Numbered from the stretch's first letter, positions 38,040 through 51,557 are shown. The stretch is DNA of 64,000 nucleotides from Narcine bancroftii (GCF_036971445.1 NC_091482.1:58280001-58344000), one strand, 5' to 3'. Notes: generated by a model not told the origin, from the sequence alone. A program made the numbers and translations.

Positions 38040-41000
38040 TTAGTCATTCAGCATTCTCACTGGCCCATGGGAAGAAGCTGTTCCTCAGCCTGGTGGTGCT
38101 GGCTCTGATCCTCCTGTATCTCGTTCCCGACAGGAGCAGCTGAAAGATGCAGGATTTTTGTGCACCCTCTTCAGACAAAGATCCCGGTAGATCATGTTGA
38201 TAGGGGCGAGAGAGACAGCAGTGACCCTCTTTGCCGCTCTTATGGACCTGTGGAGTGAGAGAGACGGCAGTGGCCCTCTCTGCCACTCTTATGGTCTTGT
38301 GAATTGACCTCCTATCCATTTCTCTGCAGCAACCATACCACATTATGATACAGCTAGCCAGGACACTCTCAATAGAGCTCCTGTAGAAGGTTTTTTTTAT
38401 TATTTTTTATTTTTTACACTGTGAACCATATCAACCAAAATTTATACAAACGTTTCTCATTAAATATACACAGTGACATTTTCTCCCTTTTTTGCCCCCT
38501 ATCCTCCCTCCCCCCTTCCCACCCCCCTCCAAAACCAATAAATATTCAACATATACAATACAATAAAACAATCTCTTCACACAATGAAAAATAAACAAGA
38601 AAAATGCATCATATACTTTTACACATTGAATCAAGTCGTTTTGTCTTATTATTTTAGGGGGTGGAGGTCCGAGGCAAGCCCTCTCTGTTGTGTTCCATGT
38701 ACGGTTCCCAAATTTGTTCGAATAATGTGACTTCATTTTTTTAATTATATGTTATTTTTTCCAATGGAATAATTTGTTCATTTCCATGTACCATTCCTGT
38801 ATTCTCAGACTCTCTTCCATTTTTCAAGTTGACATTTTACATTTTTTTGCTATCGCTAAGGCTATCATAATAAATCTTTTTGCGCTTTATCCAATTTGAG
38901 GCCTAATTCCTTACTTCTTATGTTACTTAGAAGAAAGATCTCTGGATTTTTTGGTATGTTTTTTTTTGTGATTTTATTTAATATCTTATTTAGATCTTCC
39001 CAAAACATTTTCATTTTTGTGCATCCCCAAATTGCATGTACTGTTGTTCCCAACTATCTGATAATGTTGGATCCCATTCTTTTAACTTTTGAGGCGTGAT
39101 ATATAACCTGTATCATGCGTAACCTTGTGTTTATTGTATCCTTTATAGTTCCAGAACATAACTTTTTCCATGTTTCATTTTTTATCTTTACACTCAAATC
39201 CTTTTCCCAGTTTTGTTTAGGTTTATAGCTTATTTCATCATTTTCCTTATCTTGCATCTTAATGTACAGTTTATTATAAATCTTTTACCATTGTGTCTGT
39301 AATCACATATTCAAAGCTGGTAATCTCAATCTGTTTCCCAATTTATCCTTTAAATAAGCTTTCAGTTGACGATATGCAAACATTGTACCATGAGTTATTC
39401 CATATTTGTACTTCAACTGTTCAAATGTTAATAAATTATTTCCCAAAAAACAATTTTCTATTTTGATTCCTTTTCTCTCTCATTCTTTAAGGGAAAAGTT
39501 ATTTATTGTAAAAAGGATTAGTGGATTTTGAGTCAATAACAATTTTGGTATTTGGTAATTTGTTTTTTTCCTTTCTAAGTGGATCTTCTTCCCTATATTA
39601 AGTAAATGATGCAGTACTGGTGAGCTTTTATATTGCACCAGCTTTTCATCCCACTTATAAAGTATATGTTCCGGTACCTTCTCCACCATTTTATCTAGTT
39701 CTATCTTAGTCCAGTCTGGTTTTTCCCTTGTCTGGTAAAAATCTGATAAATACTTTAATGGTGCGGCTCTATAATAATTTTTAAAGTTTGGTAACTGCAA
39801 ACCACCATGGTTATAACTCTCTGTACATTTAACTAACGCTACCCTCGGTTTTCCCCCCTTTCCACAAGAATTTCCTTATTATTCTCTTTAGTTCATTAAA
39901 GAATTTCTCTGTTAAGGGAATTGGTAATGATTGAAATAAGTATTGTATCCTTGGGAAAACATTCATTTTAATGTAATTTACCCTCCCTATCAACGTTAGT
40001 GGTAATTCTTTCCAATGTTCTAAGTCTTCCTGCAATTTCTTTATTAGTGGCTGATAATTTAGCTTGTATAAGTGGCTTAAGTTATTATCTAACCTGATAC
40101 CTTATGTAATTCTTTTATTGATATTTCTAATTCTGTTAGGTATACTATGATGTCATCTGCAAATAAGATGATTTTATACTCCTTCTCCTTTATTTTTATC
40201 CCTTTTATTTTATTTTCTGTTCTTATCAGTTCTGCCAATGGTTCTATTGCTAAGGCGGACAATGAGGGGGATAATGGACATCCCTGTCTAGTTGACCTAC
40301 TTAATTTAAATTGGTTCGATACATATCCATTTACTGTTACCTTTGCCAACGGTCCATTATATAATGCTTTAATCCAATTAATATATTTTCTGGTAGAGTG
40401 AACCTCTGTAATACTTTAAATAAATAGTTCCACTCTTCTCTGTCAAAGGATTTTTCTGCATCTAAAGCAACAGCCACTGTTGGCTTCTTATTTCCTTAAA
40501 CAGCATGAATTAGATTAATAAGTTTACAGACATTATCTTTTCTTAATAAATCCAGTTTGATCTTGTTTTACTATTTTTGGTACACAATCAGCCAATCTGT
40601 ATGATAATAATTTTATTATTTTATAATCTGAGTTAAGTAGAGATATTGGTCTATATGATGCTGGTGTTAATGGATCTTTCCCTCTCTTTGGTATTACTGT
40701 AATTATTGCTGTCTTACATGAATCTGTCAAGTTTTGTGTTTCTTCTATCTGGTTCATTACTTCCAGGAGTGGACGAATTAATAACTCTTTAAATGTTTTA
40801 TAAAATTCTATTGGGAATCCATCCTCTCCAGGGGTTTTATTGTTCTGTAGCTTTTTCAATATATCCTGTACTTCCTCTATTTCAAATTGTTTTATTAGTT
40901 TGTTTTGTTCCTCTTCTTGCAATGTTGGCAGTTCAATTTTAGCTAAAAACTCTTCTATTTTATCATCTTGCCCCTCGTTCTCATTAATCTCTATTGTGTT

Positions 41001-43230
41001 ATATGTAATTTGTTTGTCCTTTTTCCTTGATGCCAATACAGTTCTTTTAGCTTGTTCTTTTGAATTATATGATGCTGCCACTATGTGTCCTACCCAACTC
41101 TTTTTAATTTGTTACGTTTCACTTCAGTTAGATGCGTTTCCTGCACAAATGCTATATCTATTTTTTCTTTTTTCAATAAATTTAATAGCCTCTTCCTTTT
41201 AATTTGGTTATGTATTCCATTAATGTTTATAGTCATATAGTTCAACATGGCCATCTTATATCTTGTTTAAACCTCATTTCCGCTTCCTCACCACCTCCAT
41301 CCCCCTTTTCCCCATTTTCATCTTTCAGTTTTCCCTTTTTAAACTCAATGTAAGACAACACATTTAAAACATAAAATACTCCAACAATTCCCACATCCAA
41401 TATTCCCTTAGCCCCAAATGTTCCCCCCCCCCCTCTCTGAGTTGCCCTTTATCCCTTGCCGGGCAACCACAACTCCCCTCTCCATTTGGATTGCGAACCC
41501 GCTCGCAAGCGTCAACTGATTTTGCAGTGATGGTTATTCTCTCCCTCCCAACCCAGAAAAGACTTTTTTTTTTACACACGTATAACAAAGCTCTCCCTTT
41601 TTTTTCCCTTACTTCCTTCCTTCTCTTTTCCCTCTTTAGTTCTTTACATATACATTGCTTTTACATCTTTATATATACTTTATCGCCTTTCTTCATTCTT
41701 GTTACATCTCTCCTTCTGTCCTGCAAACATTCTGCGAATTCTTGCACTTTCTCTGGATCTGAGAACAGTCTATTTTGCTCCCCAGGGATAAATATTTTAA
41801 GCACAGCTGGATGTCTTAACATGAATTTATAACCTTTTTTCCATAGAATCGATTTTGCTATATTAAATTCCTTCCTCTTCTTTAAGAGTTCAAAACTTAC
41901 GTCTGGGTAAAAAATATTTTTTGACCCTTGTATTCCAATGGTTTATTATCTTCTCTAATTTTATTCCTTGCCTGCTCCAGTATATTTTTTATTGTCATAT
42001 ATCTCAAAAATTTTACTCAGATGGATCTTGGTTTTTGATGTGTCTGCGGTTTCGGAGCTAGTGCTCTGTGTGCCCTTTCTCTTTCCATTCCTTCCTGCAT
42101 TTCTGTTGTTCCCAGGACCTTCGGGATTCATCCTTTTATAAATTCCTTTATATCTGTGTCTTCTTCACCCGCCTTCAGGTCCACTGTTTTTATGTTGTTT
42201 TGCCTACTATAATTTTCCAACATATCAATTTTCTGAGCTAACAACTCTTGTGTCTCTAATTTTTTTGTCACTTTCTTCCAATTTTCCTCTCAAGTCATTT
42301 ACTTCCATTTCTACAGCCGTTTCTCGTTCTTCCACCCTTTTCCCCATTTCCGCCATGACCAGTTCTAATCTTTGCATTTTATCTTCTGTTCTTTTCATCT
42401 TTCCCTTAATTGCACTAAATTCTAATGACAACCATTCTTTTAATGCTCTCATTTGTTCTTCAAAAAAAGGCTTTATCTATATTCTGTCCATCTGTTTTAC
42501 CTTCTATTTCTCTGTGAAGATCTTGGCCTTCTTCTGTGTCTGTACCTGTTTGTGTCTTCTTCTTCTTCTTCTCCTCTTCTTTGTATCTGTATCTCTTCTG
42601 ATTTTCCTGATGAGTTGCTTGTATCACTTTGTCGGGTCTCTTCTTTCTGGGCCTCTTGCTGTTGGTCCTCCCCTTCTGGGCTGCTCATCTGTCGGGCCTC
42701 CTGCTGCTGCTCCTCTTGCCATTCACCCCGTCGACTTTCTTCCTCGTCTGGTACCTCACTCTCTCTCCTGCTGCCTTCCTCATCTTTCAGCTGAGAGACC
42801 TGGTGTCGGGCGTCCCTCAGCTGGTCGCACCGTGGTTGCCCGCTCCTCGGCTGAGCCCCCCTCCCGTTGATGTTTTCTTTTACCGGCACCAACCTCGGAG
42901 AGCGGACATTCTTCACCACCACGGCTCCCTGTTCCTTCGTGCAGGTAAGGCCTTCTTACTTTTCCGATAACTTTTTGTCTTTTTTCCCGTTGTTTATACT
43001 TATTCCTTCTTGGGTGCCATCTTCTTTCTCTTCTCTGCAACTTTATCTTCTAGTTCTTATATTTTATATTTGTTGAACTTTGTCTTTTCTTGACTTTTTT
43101 TCTGGAGAGGGCTGGTTTTACCCTACCGGCCACTTCGCCATCACGTGACTCCTCAGCTCCTGTAGAAGCTTGATGTGATGGTAGCTGGTAGTCTTGCCTG
43201 CTTCAGTCTTCTCAGGAGAAGGGTACAAGA
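38040..43230 (-). mobile_element. Older L2/Rex-like LINE fragment split by the L1 insertion (parts about 38040-38389 and 43169-43230)
   Basis: RYRRIRASTTRLRNSFFP C-terminus; sequence continues across the TSD; related fragments near 6530-7000, 21480-21910 and 58290-58880. Confidence 0.65.
38390..43154 (-). mobile_element. L1 with both ends present (5' UTR, ORF1, internally deleted ORF2, 3' UTR, poly-A), decayed; 14-bp TSD
   Basis: TSD AGCTCCTGTAGAAG at 38376-38389 and 43155-43168; ORF1 remnants about 41720-43040; ORF2 start MAMLNYMTININGI at 41254; RT motifs PGEDGF, YRPISLLNSDYK, RQGCPLSP, LFADD. Confidence 0.93.
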
Positions 43231-43328
43231 TAAAATCAAGTCCAGGAGCAGAAATTGCAGCATGGAAAATATAAATGTACTGCCATATATCGAATATTTG
43301 TTCTTTTATTTTCTTTTTAACTACACAG

Positions 43329-43463
43329 TTCCATCTACTTGCTGATTTCTTTCAAGACAATGAATCGTCCACAGGGAGCCTCAATCCAAACATTAAAATC
43401 AGGTCTGCAAAGCCAGGGTTTAAATCCTTTAAGAAGGAACATCGGACAACAGTAGGCAGTAAG
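43329..43463 (+). CDS. MYO5C: MYO5C exon 15, loop 2 region (FHLLADFFQD...KEHRTTVGSK)
   Basis: acacag|TTC ... AAG|gtacag; 135 nt. Confidence 0.93.
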
Positions 43464-43554
43464 GTACAGTTGCGCAGGGATCAATTTCCTGCAGTTGATA
43501 TTCTTCTAACATTGCAAGAAAAGTGTGAATTTCTAATGCTACTTAAATTGTTAA

Positions 43555-43659
<105 letters not shown>

Positions 43660-43780
43660 TAAGTTCTCTTACATTCTCAATGATACTTCCAAATTGAAAA
43701 TATAACACACAGTGCCACCCAAGCGAAGTAAGTTTCGTGCTGATAAACTTCAAGTTCACTATTGTAACTTCTCATTTTAG

Positions 43781-43867
43781 ATATGATTCAAAAAGAGTTG
43801 TTCAGCAGCTGAGAGCCTGTGGTGTTCTGGAAACGATTAGGATCAGTGCCCAGAGTTATCCTTCCAG
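43781..43867 (+). CDS. MYO5C: MYO5C exon 17 ([29 protein letters not shown])
   Basis: ttttag|A ... AG|gtgagt; 87 nt. Confidence 0.96.
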
Positions 43868-43947
43868 GTGAGTACCAGCTTTTGCCTTTCTGTTATTATG
43901 CCAGGAGAAGGCAGTCCAAAACATAAATACTGATTTCTCATTTTCAG

Positions 43948-44059
43948 ATGGACTTACTTTGAGTTCTTCAGCCGTTACCGTATTTTGATGTCGCAGCACG
44001 ACTTGGCAATAAATGACAAAAAACAGATTTGCAAAGAGGTCTTGCAACGTTTAATTCAG
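43948..44059 (+). CDS. MYO5C: MYO5C exon 18 ([14 protein letters not shown]...[15 protein letters not shown])
   Basis: tttcag|A ... CAG|gtcagt; 112 nt. Confidence 0.95.
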
Positions 44060-45182
44060 GTCAGTATATTAAGGGAATGCAGTTTAAATCGCTGCGCCCC
44101 CAACTTGGTATTAACCATTGCCGTTGACAACACTTAGTCAACTGATCACAATTCTGATGCTTTCTACATTCACCTCAATTTGAAATGATTGAAGCCTGAG
44201 TTTTTAATACTGTGATGTAACATACTCTCTTCTTTCTTCCTCTGCTATACATGGTCAAGAATATTATTGTGACACACCAATATGCCAGGTAAAATACTTA
44301 ACAATGGGCAATCTTTTTTTTTCCTCCCCAGAGAGGAATGCACTGGTTCTGAAATCCATTGTGTCCATGTGCACTGAATTCTACTGCTGAAATGTAGCTC
44401 CATTGATTAATTTGTACTGGGTTTCAGATAAGGATTTCACTGCAGCACATTTAGTTCCTGCAACAGAAGAGATTCCCACCCCCACCCCAGTTATACCTTG
44501 AGGTAATATGGAAGAAGCTCCACAAACAGAAATTGTGAAATCACTTCCTGGAAGGATGTGGAATGATTGATTATTGTACAGTACATTAGCTGTAATTTGA
44601 ATGGTGGAGCGGATTTGATGGGCTGAATGGCTCAACTCTTATGGGGTGAATCCTGCTGGTTGGAATTTCAATTCCGGCTGAACACCTCAGTCGGCTTGAA
44701 CTTCATGCATGTGAGACTCACCGAGAGATGCCCACATTACTGCTGCCGCTATTGGAGGCCAGAGGCAAACGCAGTCTGAAACTCCCCAATATTTGGGCTG
44801 AGAGATTAACTTGTAGCTCCCACTCCAGGCCTGTCTCAACATGCAGTCAGGGACCCAATGGTGTCTTTGTGGATCCTTTGCATGCAAAAGGTTTCTGAAG
44901 TATTTTCTAATCGTTTTACTTTGATACCTTAAATTATTTGTCCCTTGCCTAGTCCCCACAAACACCTTGTGACCAAGCTTGAGGGTGCAAACGACACTTT
45001 GATCCCAATGCCCGGACAATCTGGCCATGGGATGTGCTTTGACTACAAAACCATGTGCGATCTTGCCCCAGTGTACATCATTGCCATTTCTACCATTTAA
45101 CAAGGAGCCACTGTGATCCAAGCATTTTGAGGCCTTAGTTTTATTACTTTACTTGAGTAAGTAATTCTTTTGTTTTCTGCAG

Positions 45183-45394
45183 GATCCAAACCAATATCAC
45201 TTTGGTAAAACAAAGATTTTCTTCCGAGCAGGGCAAGTGGCCTATTTGGAAAAACTTCGAGCAGATAGACTTAGGGCAGCTTCTGTCACCATTCAGAAAA
45301 ATCTGCGCTGCTGGATTCAGAGAAAGAAGTTCCTTGAGCTCAAGCGAGCCACTACTATTATACAACAGTATGTACGTGGGCAGCGCGCCATACG
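45183..45394 (+). CDS. MYO5C: MYO5C exon 19, converter plus IQ1-2 ([26 protein letters not shown]...IQKNLRCW...IQQYVRG)
   Basis: ctgcag|GAT ... CG|gtagga; 212 nt. Confidence 0.95.
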
Positions 45395-45459
45395 GTAGGA
45401 ATCTTTCTTAGATCGCTGCAATTGATTGCATTATAAAATAATCACCACTGCTATATAAT

Positions 45460-45461
<2 letters not shown>

Positions 45462-45496
<35 letters not shown>
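45462..45496. repeat. (TG)n microsatellite
   Basis: Direct reading. Confidence 0.98.
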
Positions 45497-45498
<2 letters not shown>

Positions 45499-47019
45499 AC
45501 ATATACACACTTAAAAAAGATTCCACCCCCCCCCCCCCCCCCCCTCACCACCCCAGATTGTTGAAGTTTTTGATTGCCAATAAATTACAGTGGACATGTA
45601 ATCAATAATGATCTGTAGACAAATGCTGAAGCTAGAAATTGAGATAGATGGTGAGCTAATCCCCGTATCGACATGGTCTCCAGTGAAGCAATGTGATCTT
45701 CTGCAGGTTTTCAGCCGTCCAGATATTCACAAGCATTTGGTGGCAGTGGCAGCTCTTGCCTGAAGTGCTGGGAGCTGGTTACCAATTAGAAGGGCAAAGG
45801 CTAAACTGAAATGGGAGAGAAATTTCGGAGGTCTTAGAATATCTGACCCTTTATTTCATAAAAGTCCTGTGGACAATTATAAGTTGTGATATCATCCCAC
45901 CACTCAGTATTAAATGATTGATATACTGCTGGTTTGTTGTGTTTAACTATGGTAAATTTAACACTACTACATTGCACCCAACGATAGATTTACCACGCAT
46001 TAAGTAAAAACACAAAATGCTGGAGAAACTCAGCAGGTCAAATGGTGTCCTTTATGTGGCAAAGGCAGAGATACGTAACTGACGCTTCGGGCTTGAGCCC
46101 TTCAATACTTTGTTGACATGTCAGTTTAAATACTTAGTTTCACACTGAAGCAGATTTAGTGTAATCAGTAAAACACACACAAAGCTGGAGAAACTCAGCA
46201 GGTCAAACAGTATCCTTTATGTTGCAAAAGTGCTGAATCTACATTTTAAGATGCCAAAAAGAATATCATTTTGAGGTTTTCATGGGTAGCTTTGTGTCGA
46301 GGTTTGAGATTCTAATCGAGTTCACCGTTCATTTGTGTTTCAGTGGTATGAATGTCACGTTCAATCCTCTTTAAAAAAACTTCATTTTCTGTGGATTTTG
46401 AAGCTTTCATATCGTAGCTGACTTTTTAAAAATCCTTTCTCATATATTCAAAGTGGGGGATAAAATGTCTTTCCACTCATTTCCTTCAGAAATATGTTTT
46501 TGGTTGTGACCAATTTTTAAATAGGAAATGTGACTGCATTAAGATTTCTAATGGATTCCAACATCTGTGGTCAATTATATTAAATCAGGAATTATTGTGG
46601 AAAGGCACACATGTTTACCTCTAATCCTTATCTGATATGAAATCGTAAAATTAATAACCTTATTTGCATGCCATCCTCAAAGATTCGCAATCTTAAAAAG
46701 AATAGAGACAAAAATAGATCCTTTTTATGTTTATTTCTTATGTTGACCATTTCCTACTGTGGAAACTCATTAATTTTGGGATCTCTTCCTTGTGGAAATG
46801 AAGATTACAGTGGAGAGAGTTGCATCACACCCCTTTTGGACAAGGAAAGCCTGTATTTTGTTATTTGCAAAGGGACAGCATTTAACAGCCCAATCGCTGT
46901 TCATTGGACTTCATCAAATGGATTAAAATGTGATTTCATTTCATGAATTAGACAGAATAATTGCATGTAGGAGCCTCTTCTTTTTATGTTGTATATATTA
47001 ATGATTTGAATTATGCGAT

Positions 47020-47900
47020 GAGAATGGCTTTGAAGCCAGTTTTGCAGATGATACGCAGGTAGTGTAGCGGAAACACGAGGCTGCAGAAGGACTTGGACAG
47101 ATTAGGAGAATGGGCGGAGAAAAAAATAATGTCTCAAAGTGTCCGGTCAAGCACTTGGGTAGAAAAAAATTAAACAGGCAGACTATTTTTTCAATGGGGA
47201 GAAAATTGAATATATACAGATGCAAAGGACCTGGGAGTCCTCGTGCAGGATAGCCTGAAGGTCAACTTTCAGGTCAAGATGGTGGAGAAGAAGGCAAATG
47301 CGATGCTGGCGTTCATTTTGATAGGAATAGGATACAAGAGCAGGGATGTGATGTTCGGGCTTTATAAGGCGCTGGTGAGACCTCATTTGGAGTATTGTGA
47401 GCAGTTTTGGGCTCGTCATTTAAGCAAAAAAGCAGGTGCTGACGTTGGAGAGGGTTCATAAGGATGATTCCAGGAATGAAAGGGTTATCATAGGTCAGCT
47501 CTTGGCCTGTATTCATTGAAATTTATGAGAGTGAGGGGAGATTCATTGAAGCATTTGGAATGTTGAAAGGCATGGATAGATGCAGAAAGGTGGTTTCCCC
47601 ATGGTGAGAAAGGCCAGGGCAAGAGGGCACAACCACAGGATTGAAGGGCGTCCACTTAGAACAGAGATGCATAGTAATTTCTTCAGCCAGAGGGTGGTGA
47701 ATCTGTGGAATTTGTTGCCACAGGCGATTGTGGAGTGTTTAAGACAGAGATTGATAGGTCCTTGATTTGCCAAGATTATGGGGAGAAGGCCGGGCAGTGG
47801 GGCCGAGTGGGAAAATGGATCAGCTCGTGATTAAATGGCGGGGAATATTTGATGGGCTGAATAGCCTACTTCTGCTTCTATGTCTCCTTTTATGGTCTCG
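47020..47900 (+). mobile_element. CR1-clade LINE 3' part (RT C-terminus and 3' UTR)
   Basis: FADDT; LYKALVRPHLEYCEQFW; RGHNHRI...FFSQRVVNLWNLLP; ends about 40 bp before exon 20. Confidence 0.9.
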
Positions 47901-47937
47901 TATCTGCTAATTAAACTTTATATTTGTTTAATTTAAG

Positions 47938-48103
47938 GCATGTATTGAATGCCACATCTCTAAAGCAAGCATGGGCAGCAGTCATCATCCAGAAACACTG
48001 GCGCCGATTTTTGGTGCAACGCCTGTACCAGCTGATTCTGGCAGCCACCATTACAATCCAATCGTACACCCGCGGCTGGCTCGCCAGACGATGCTACAAA
48101 ACG
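47938..48103 (+). CDS. MYO5C: MYO5C exon 20, IQ3-4 (HVLNATSLKQAWAAVIIQKHWRR...IQSYTRGWLARRCYKT)
   Basis: tttaag|G ... ACG|gtaggg; 166 nt. Confidence 0.93.
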
Positions 48104-48539
48104 GTAGGGCTAAAACTGGGCGGCGTGGTTAGCGCAATACTGCTTCAGCGCCAGCATTCGAGGCCGAGGTTGCACTGCCTGTTAGGAGTTAGCACGTTCT
48201 CCCCGTTTCTGCATGGGTTTTTTCCTGGGGCTCCGGTTTCCTCCCTCCCTTCAAAACGTACTGGGATTATAGTTCAATTGGGTGTAATTTGGCGGCACAG
48301 GCTCATGGACTAGAAGAGCCTGTTCCTGTGCTGTATGTTTAAAAAAATTTTAAACCAGCAAAAATGTAGCCCAACCAGCTCCAAAAGAAGAGCATGGTTA
48401 AGCAACATCACTCACAAAAGAGCAGGCCCTGTTAATTACAAGGCACTAAACAACCACAGTATAGGAAGAGTGGGTGTGAAAAGGGCAACGTAAAGAATGA
48501 TTAGATGGCTGGAAAATTGTGTAACTGCAGACACTAAAC

Positions 48540-48984
48540 CAATGGTTCTCAACCCTTTTTTTTCCACCCACATACCTCTTTAAGTCAGGTATTCCCCGAC
48601 TTACCATCTATGTGACTTAAGGCCATCCGTACATATGACCAAAAAAAAAATTTTTTAAGTAAAAGAAAAAATATAAAAATTATGCTTTTACAGTGAAAAT
48701 TATATCTATGGAAAACAACGCTGCTCGTGAAGTGGTTGGCAGTAGTGGCCAACCCCTCGTGAGAGCTGGCAGATGGCCGCCATGTTGTATTTGACGAACT
48801 ATAACAAGGACATTTCTGACTTGTGTCCATTTTGCGATGTGTCAAGTCGGTTAGATCAAAACACAGACGCAAGTTGAGGAGTACCTGTAATTATTAACCA
48901 CTTCCTATGCCGTAGGTGCAGTTTGGTTAGTAAGGATCACTTAAGCTGGTGTATACGTGGAAAAAAAATGGTTGAGAACCACGA
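48540..48984. mobile_element. hAT/Charlie-like non-autonomous element with perfect 8-bp TSD
   Basis: CACTAAAC at 48532-48539 and 48985-48992; TIRs CAATGGTTCTCAACC / GGTTGAGAACCACGA. Confidence 0.85.
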
Positions 48985-49540
48985 CACTAAACACAGGATT
49001 AAGGCATTACTTCAGTGAACATTAGTAAAGGTGATGATGGAAGAATTTTAAATGCTGGTCATGGTACCAAAATCAAAGATGAGCAAATCAGTTGGCTAAG
49101 TGAGTATGTTCATGAGACCAGCCATACCTTTCCAATTAGCAATAATCCAAGATTAAATCCTTGATAATAGAGCCCCAGAGAAATGACTCCTATGTTTTAA
49201 GAAATACATAATACAGTAAGACCCCTGGTATCCAGCATCTATGGGGATTGCCAGATCAGTGAATTTTCTAGTGGTGCGAGATTGTGTGTGGCACGAATGA
49301 CAAACTAACAGCGAGGCGCACCAATTTTACCTATTTATTTTCAGCCATTGTTCTGCCGGTTGCTTGCGGCTGCCGGTTACTTGAATTCCAGATATCGCGG
49401 GTTTTAATGTACAAAGTTGTGAAGGAGTCAGTCAAACCTGTGAATTCTTGCCAGGTTGGGAATGGTGCAAAGTAGTGACTAATCTCAAAGATGGTGGTAA
49501 GACAGACAGACCTATGCAAGCAGATTGATTTCTCCTCATT

Positions 49541-49746
49541 TAATACACAAAAGTGCTGGCAAAAAGACTCAGCAGGTCCCACAGCATCTCTAGAAGGCAA
49601 AATTATATAACCAATGTTTCGGGCCTAAGGCCTGCATCATACCTTTGTCATTAATTTGCATCCTCTAGCTGCTGTTTTTTGAGTTTTTCCAACACTTTTG
49701 TGTACCAACTACAATCAGAGTTTGCAGAATCTCTTGTTTCACTCCC
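49541..49746. mobile_element. Fold-back Penelope-derived mini-element
   Basis: Flanks TTCTCCTCATT / TTCTCTTCATT; inverted arms ACACAAAAGTGCTGG / CCAACACTTTTGTGT. Confidence 0.7.
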
Positions 49747-49825
49747 TTCTCTTCATTGCTTCCTGAAGAATCCTAGTATTGATCTCATATAAGATCAGAA
49801 GGTAGAAAAGGATAAAGAAACATAT

Positions 49826-50633
49826 CACTGGACAATGAAGATTTTGCTTCCTGAACACTCTTGGGTGTATTTTATGAATTTTGGGCTGCTGATCACAAAA
49901 ACAACCTTAAAAAATTTCCTATCTCATACCATTTTTAAGATGTAACCTATTTTTGTGATTTCCTGTCATTTTTTAAGTCTACAAGTACATTGCCCACAAA
50001 GCAAGCTGTTTTGGTCAATCCAAGCATGCTTGGGCATACACTCAGTCTGGGTGCTATGCAAATGTTGCCTGGGCATGCTTAGTCAGGGTAGATGCAGCCA
50101 AGCTTTAAAAGCAGCTCACATACACAGATGCTGTGCATTACATTGATTATAGAATTAACACATGTTGATGCACATGTTCTTCCTGCAATAGCTCAGTGAC
50201 TGGACTTAGCAATAGCATTTACTGTCTTCACAAAGATTCAATTCAGCAGAAATGTCTCATCAATGTTGCAATAGCTGTGATACATTCTGTTACATTTGTG
50301 TTGAATATATGGTTAAGGCTCAAAGATGCACCAGGACTGCACTTGTTCAGAAAACCTATGAGCTCTACTTCGGTTGTAAAATTGGTGATCAAGACAAGCT
50401 CTGGACTCCTCACATTTGTTGTGCAACATGTGCATTCAACCTGAGAGCTTGGCTCAGAGGTACATTATGTGATTAAACATGCTAAATTCAATAACAGTTA
50501 ATTTAATGTTTCTCCACCTTCCTTCGTGGTACAGCAAATCTGAAATTATCTTGGTATTCAGCTTGAAGTTGTCTGCCATTATCCCAATTTTTTTTCAGGA
50601 AGCAAACCTTTTGAAAAATTGTGTTGTCCAGTG
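49826..50633 (+). mobile_element. Internally deleted DNA transposon, probably Chapaev3-like (CMC)
   Basis: TIRs CACTGGACAA / TTGTCCAGTG and subterminal TTTGCTTCCTGAA / TTCAGGAAGCAAA; ORF 50252-50476 with FCYIC...YFGCKIGDQDKLWTPHICC..C. Confidence 0.65.
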
Positions 50634-51557
50634 TCCATTTCAGCTCATCCCCCTAAAAATGGTTTGTAGGCAATCAATAAAGCATTCTGTGGTTTCACTT
50701 CAACCACTCCAGTGCACATGTTCAGTCATTGGTATGGGGAAGAAATTCCTGGCATGAATCTAACATTTGCTCGTCCTGCTATGAAAGTTTAATTGATTTA
50801 TTGCTCAGGCTTCCTCTTCCCTCAAACCACTTAATGTTTTCAGTTGGATGGCAACGCATTCGCCTCCTTTCAAAGCTCCCAGAAGATTTCTGGCTGAGGT
50901 GGTTGAAGAAAAATGAAGGAATGCTTCATTGATTGCCTGGAATCAGTATTTGGTGGTTGTGCTAAAATTACCTGATTATATTTATTTATCTACCTTCAGA
51001 ATTTGAATTACAGTCGTGCACCACTTAATGTCCACGATACCTTCTGTGAAATAGGACATTATGCGATTTGGACATTGTGCGAACGCCATTTTGTCCGCTA
51101 CGACCCATTCTCCGATCAGAGAACGGGCCTTAGCCGGAAAATTGTTTTGTTTCATTTAAAATAATTCACTCATACTGATTTCAATTTGCAACATAAAAAC
51201 ATGCCCACCATAAATACAGATATAGGAAATCTATTCTAACCTTATAGGACGACGAGTGTATATGGAGTCGCACGTTGCCCAAACGGATTTTGTGCGGAGT
51301 GTGACTTTTTATCAAAATTACCCCTTTTTTAAAAAAACTATAAACTCTGTAGTTGTAAACTAAATTACCCAGAAACTGCTCTTAGAAAATGACATCTATG
51401 ACTTGGCAGGCAAATGTTCCAGTTTGTATTAGCATTTATAACTGATAAAATATAATGGCTATTTAAATTTATCTCATTTTCTTAAGCAAGCAGTGGAATA
51501 GGTTTTATCTAAATTGCTAATATAGTCCATCATAACTTTGTCCAATATTTGTTCTAG

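Noticed and set aside
38208-38305. Tandem duplication of about 49 bp
   Set aside because: A diverged local duplication inside an old LINE fragment with no sign of function.
42250-42970. Long plus-strand ORFs (206 aa, 113 aa) rich in Leu/Ser/Phe
   Set aside because: Antisense shadows of the purine-rich L1 ORF1.
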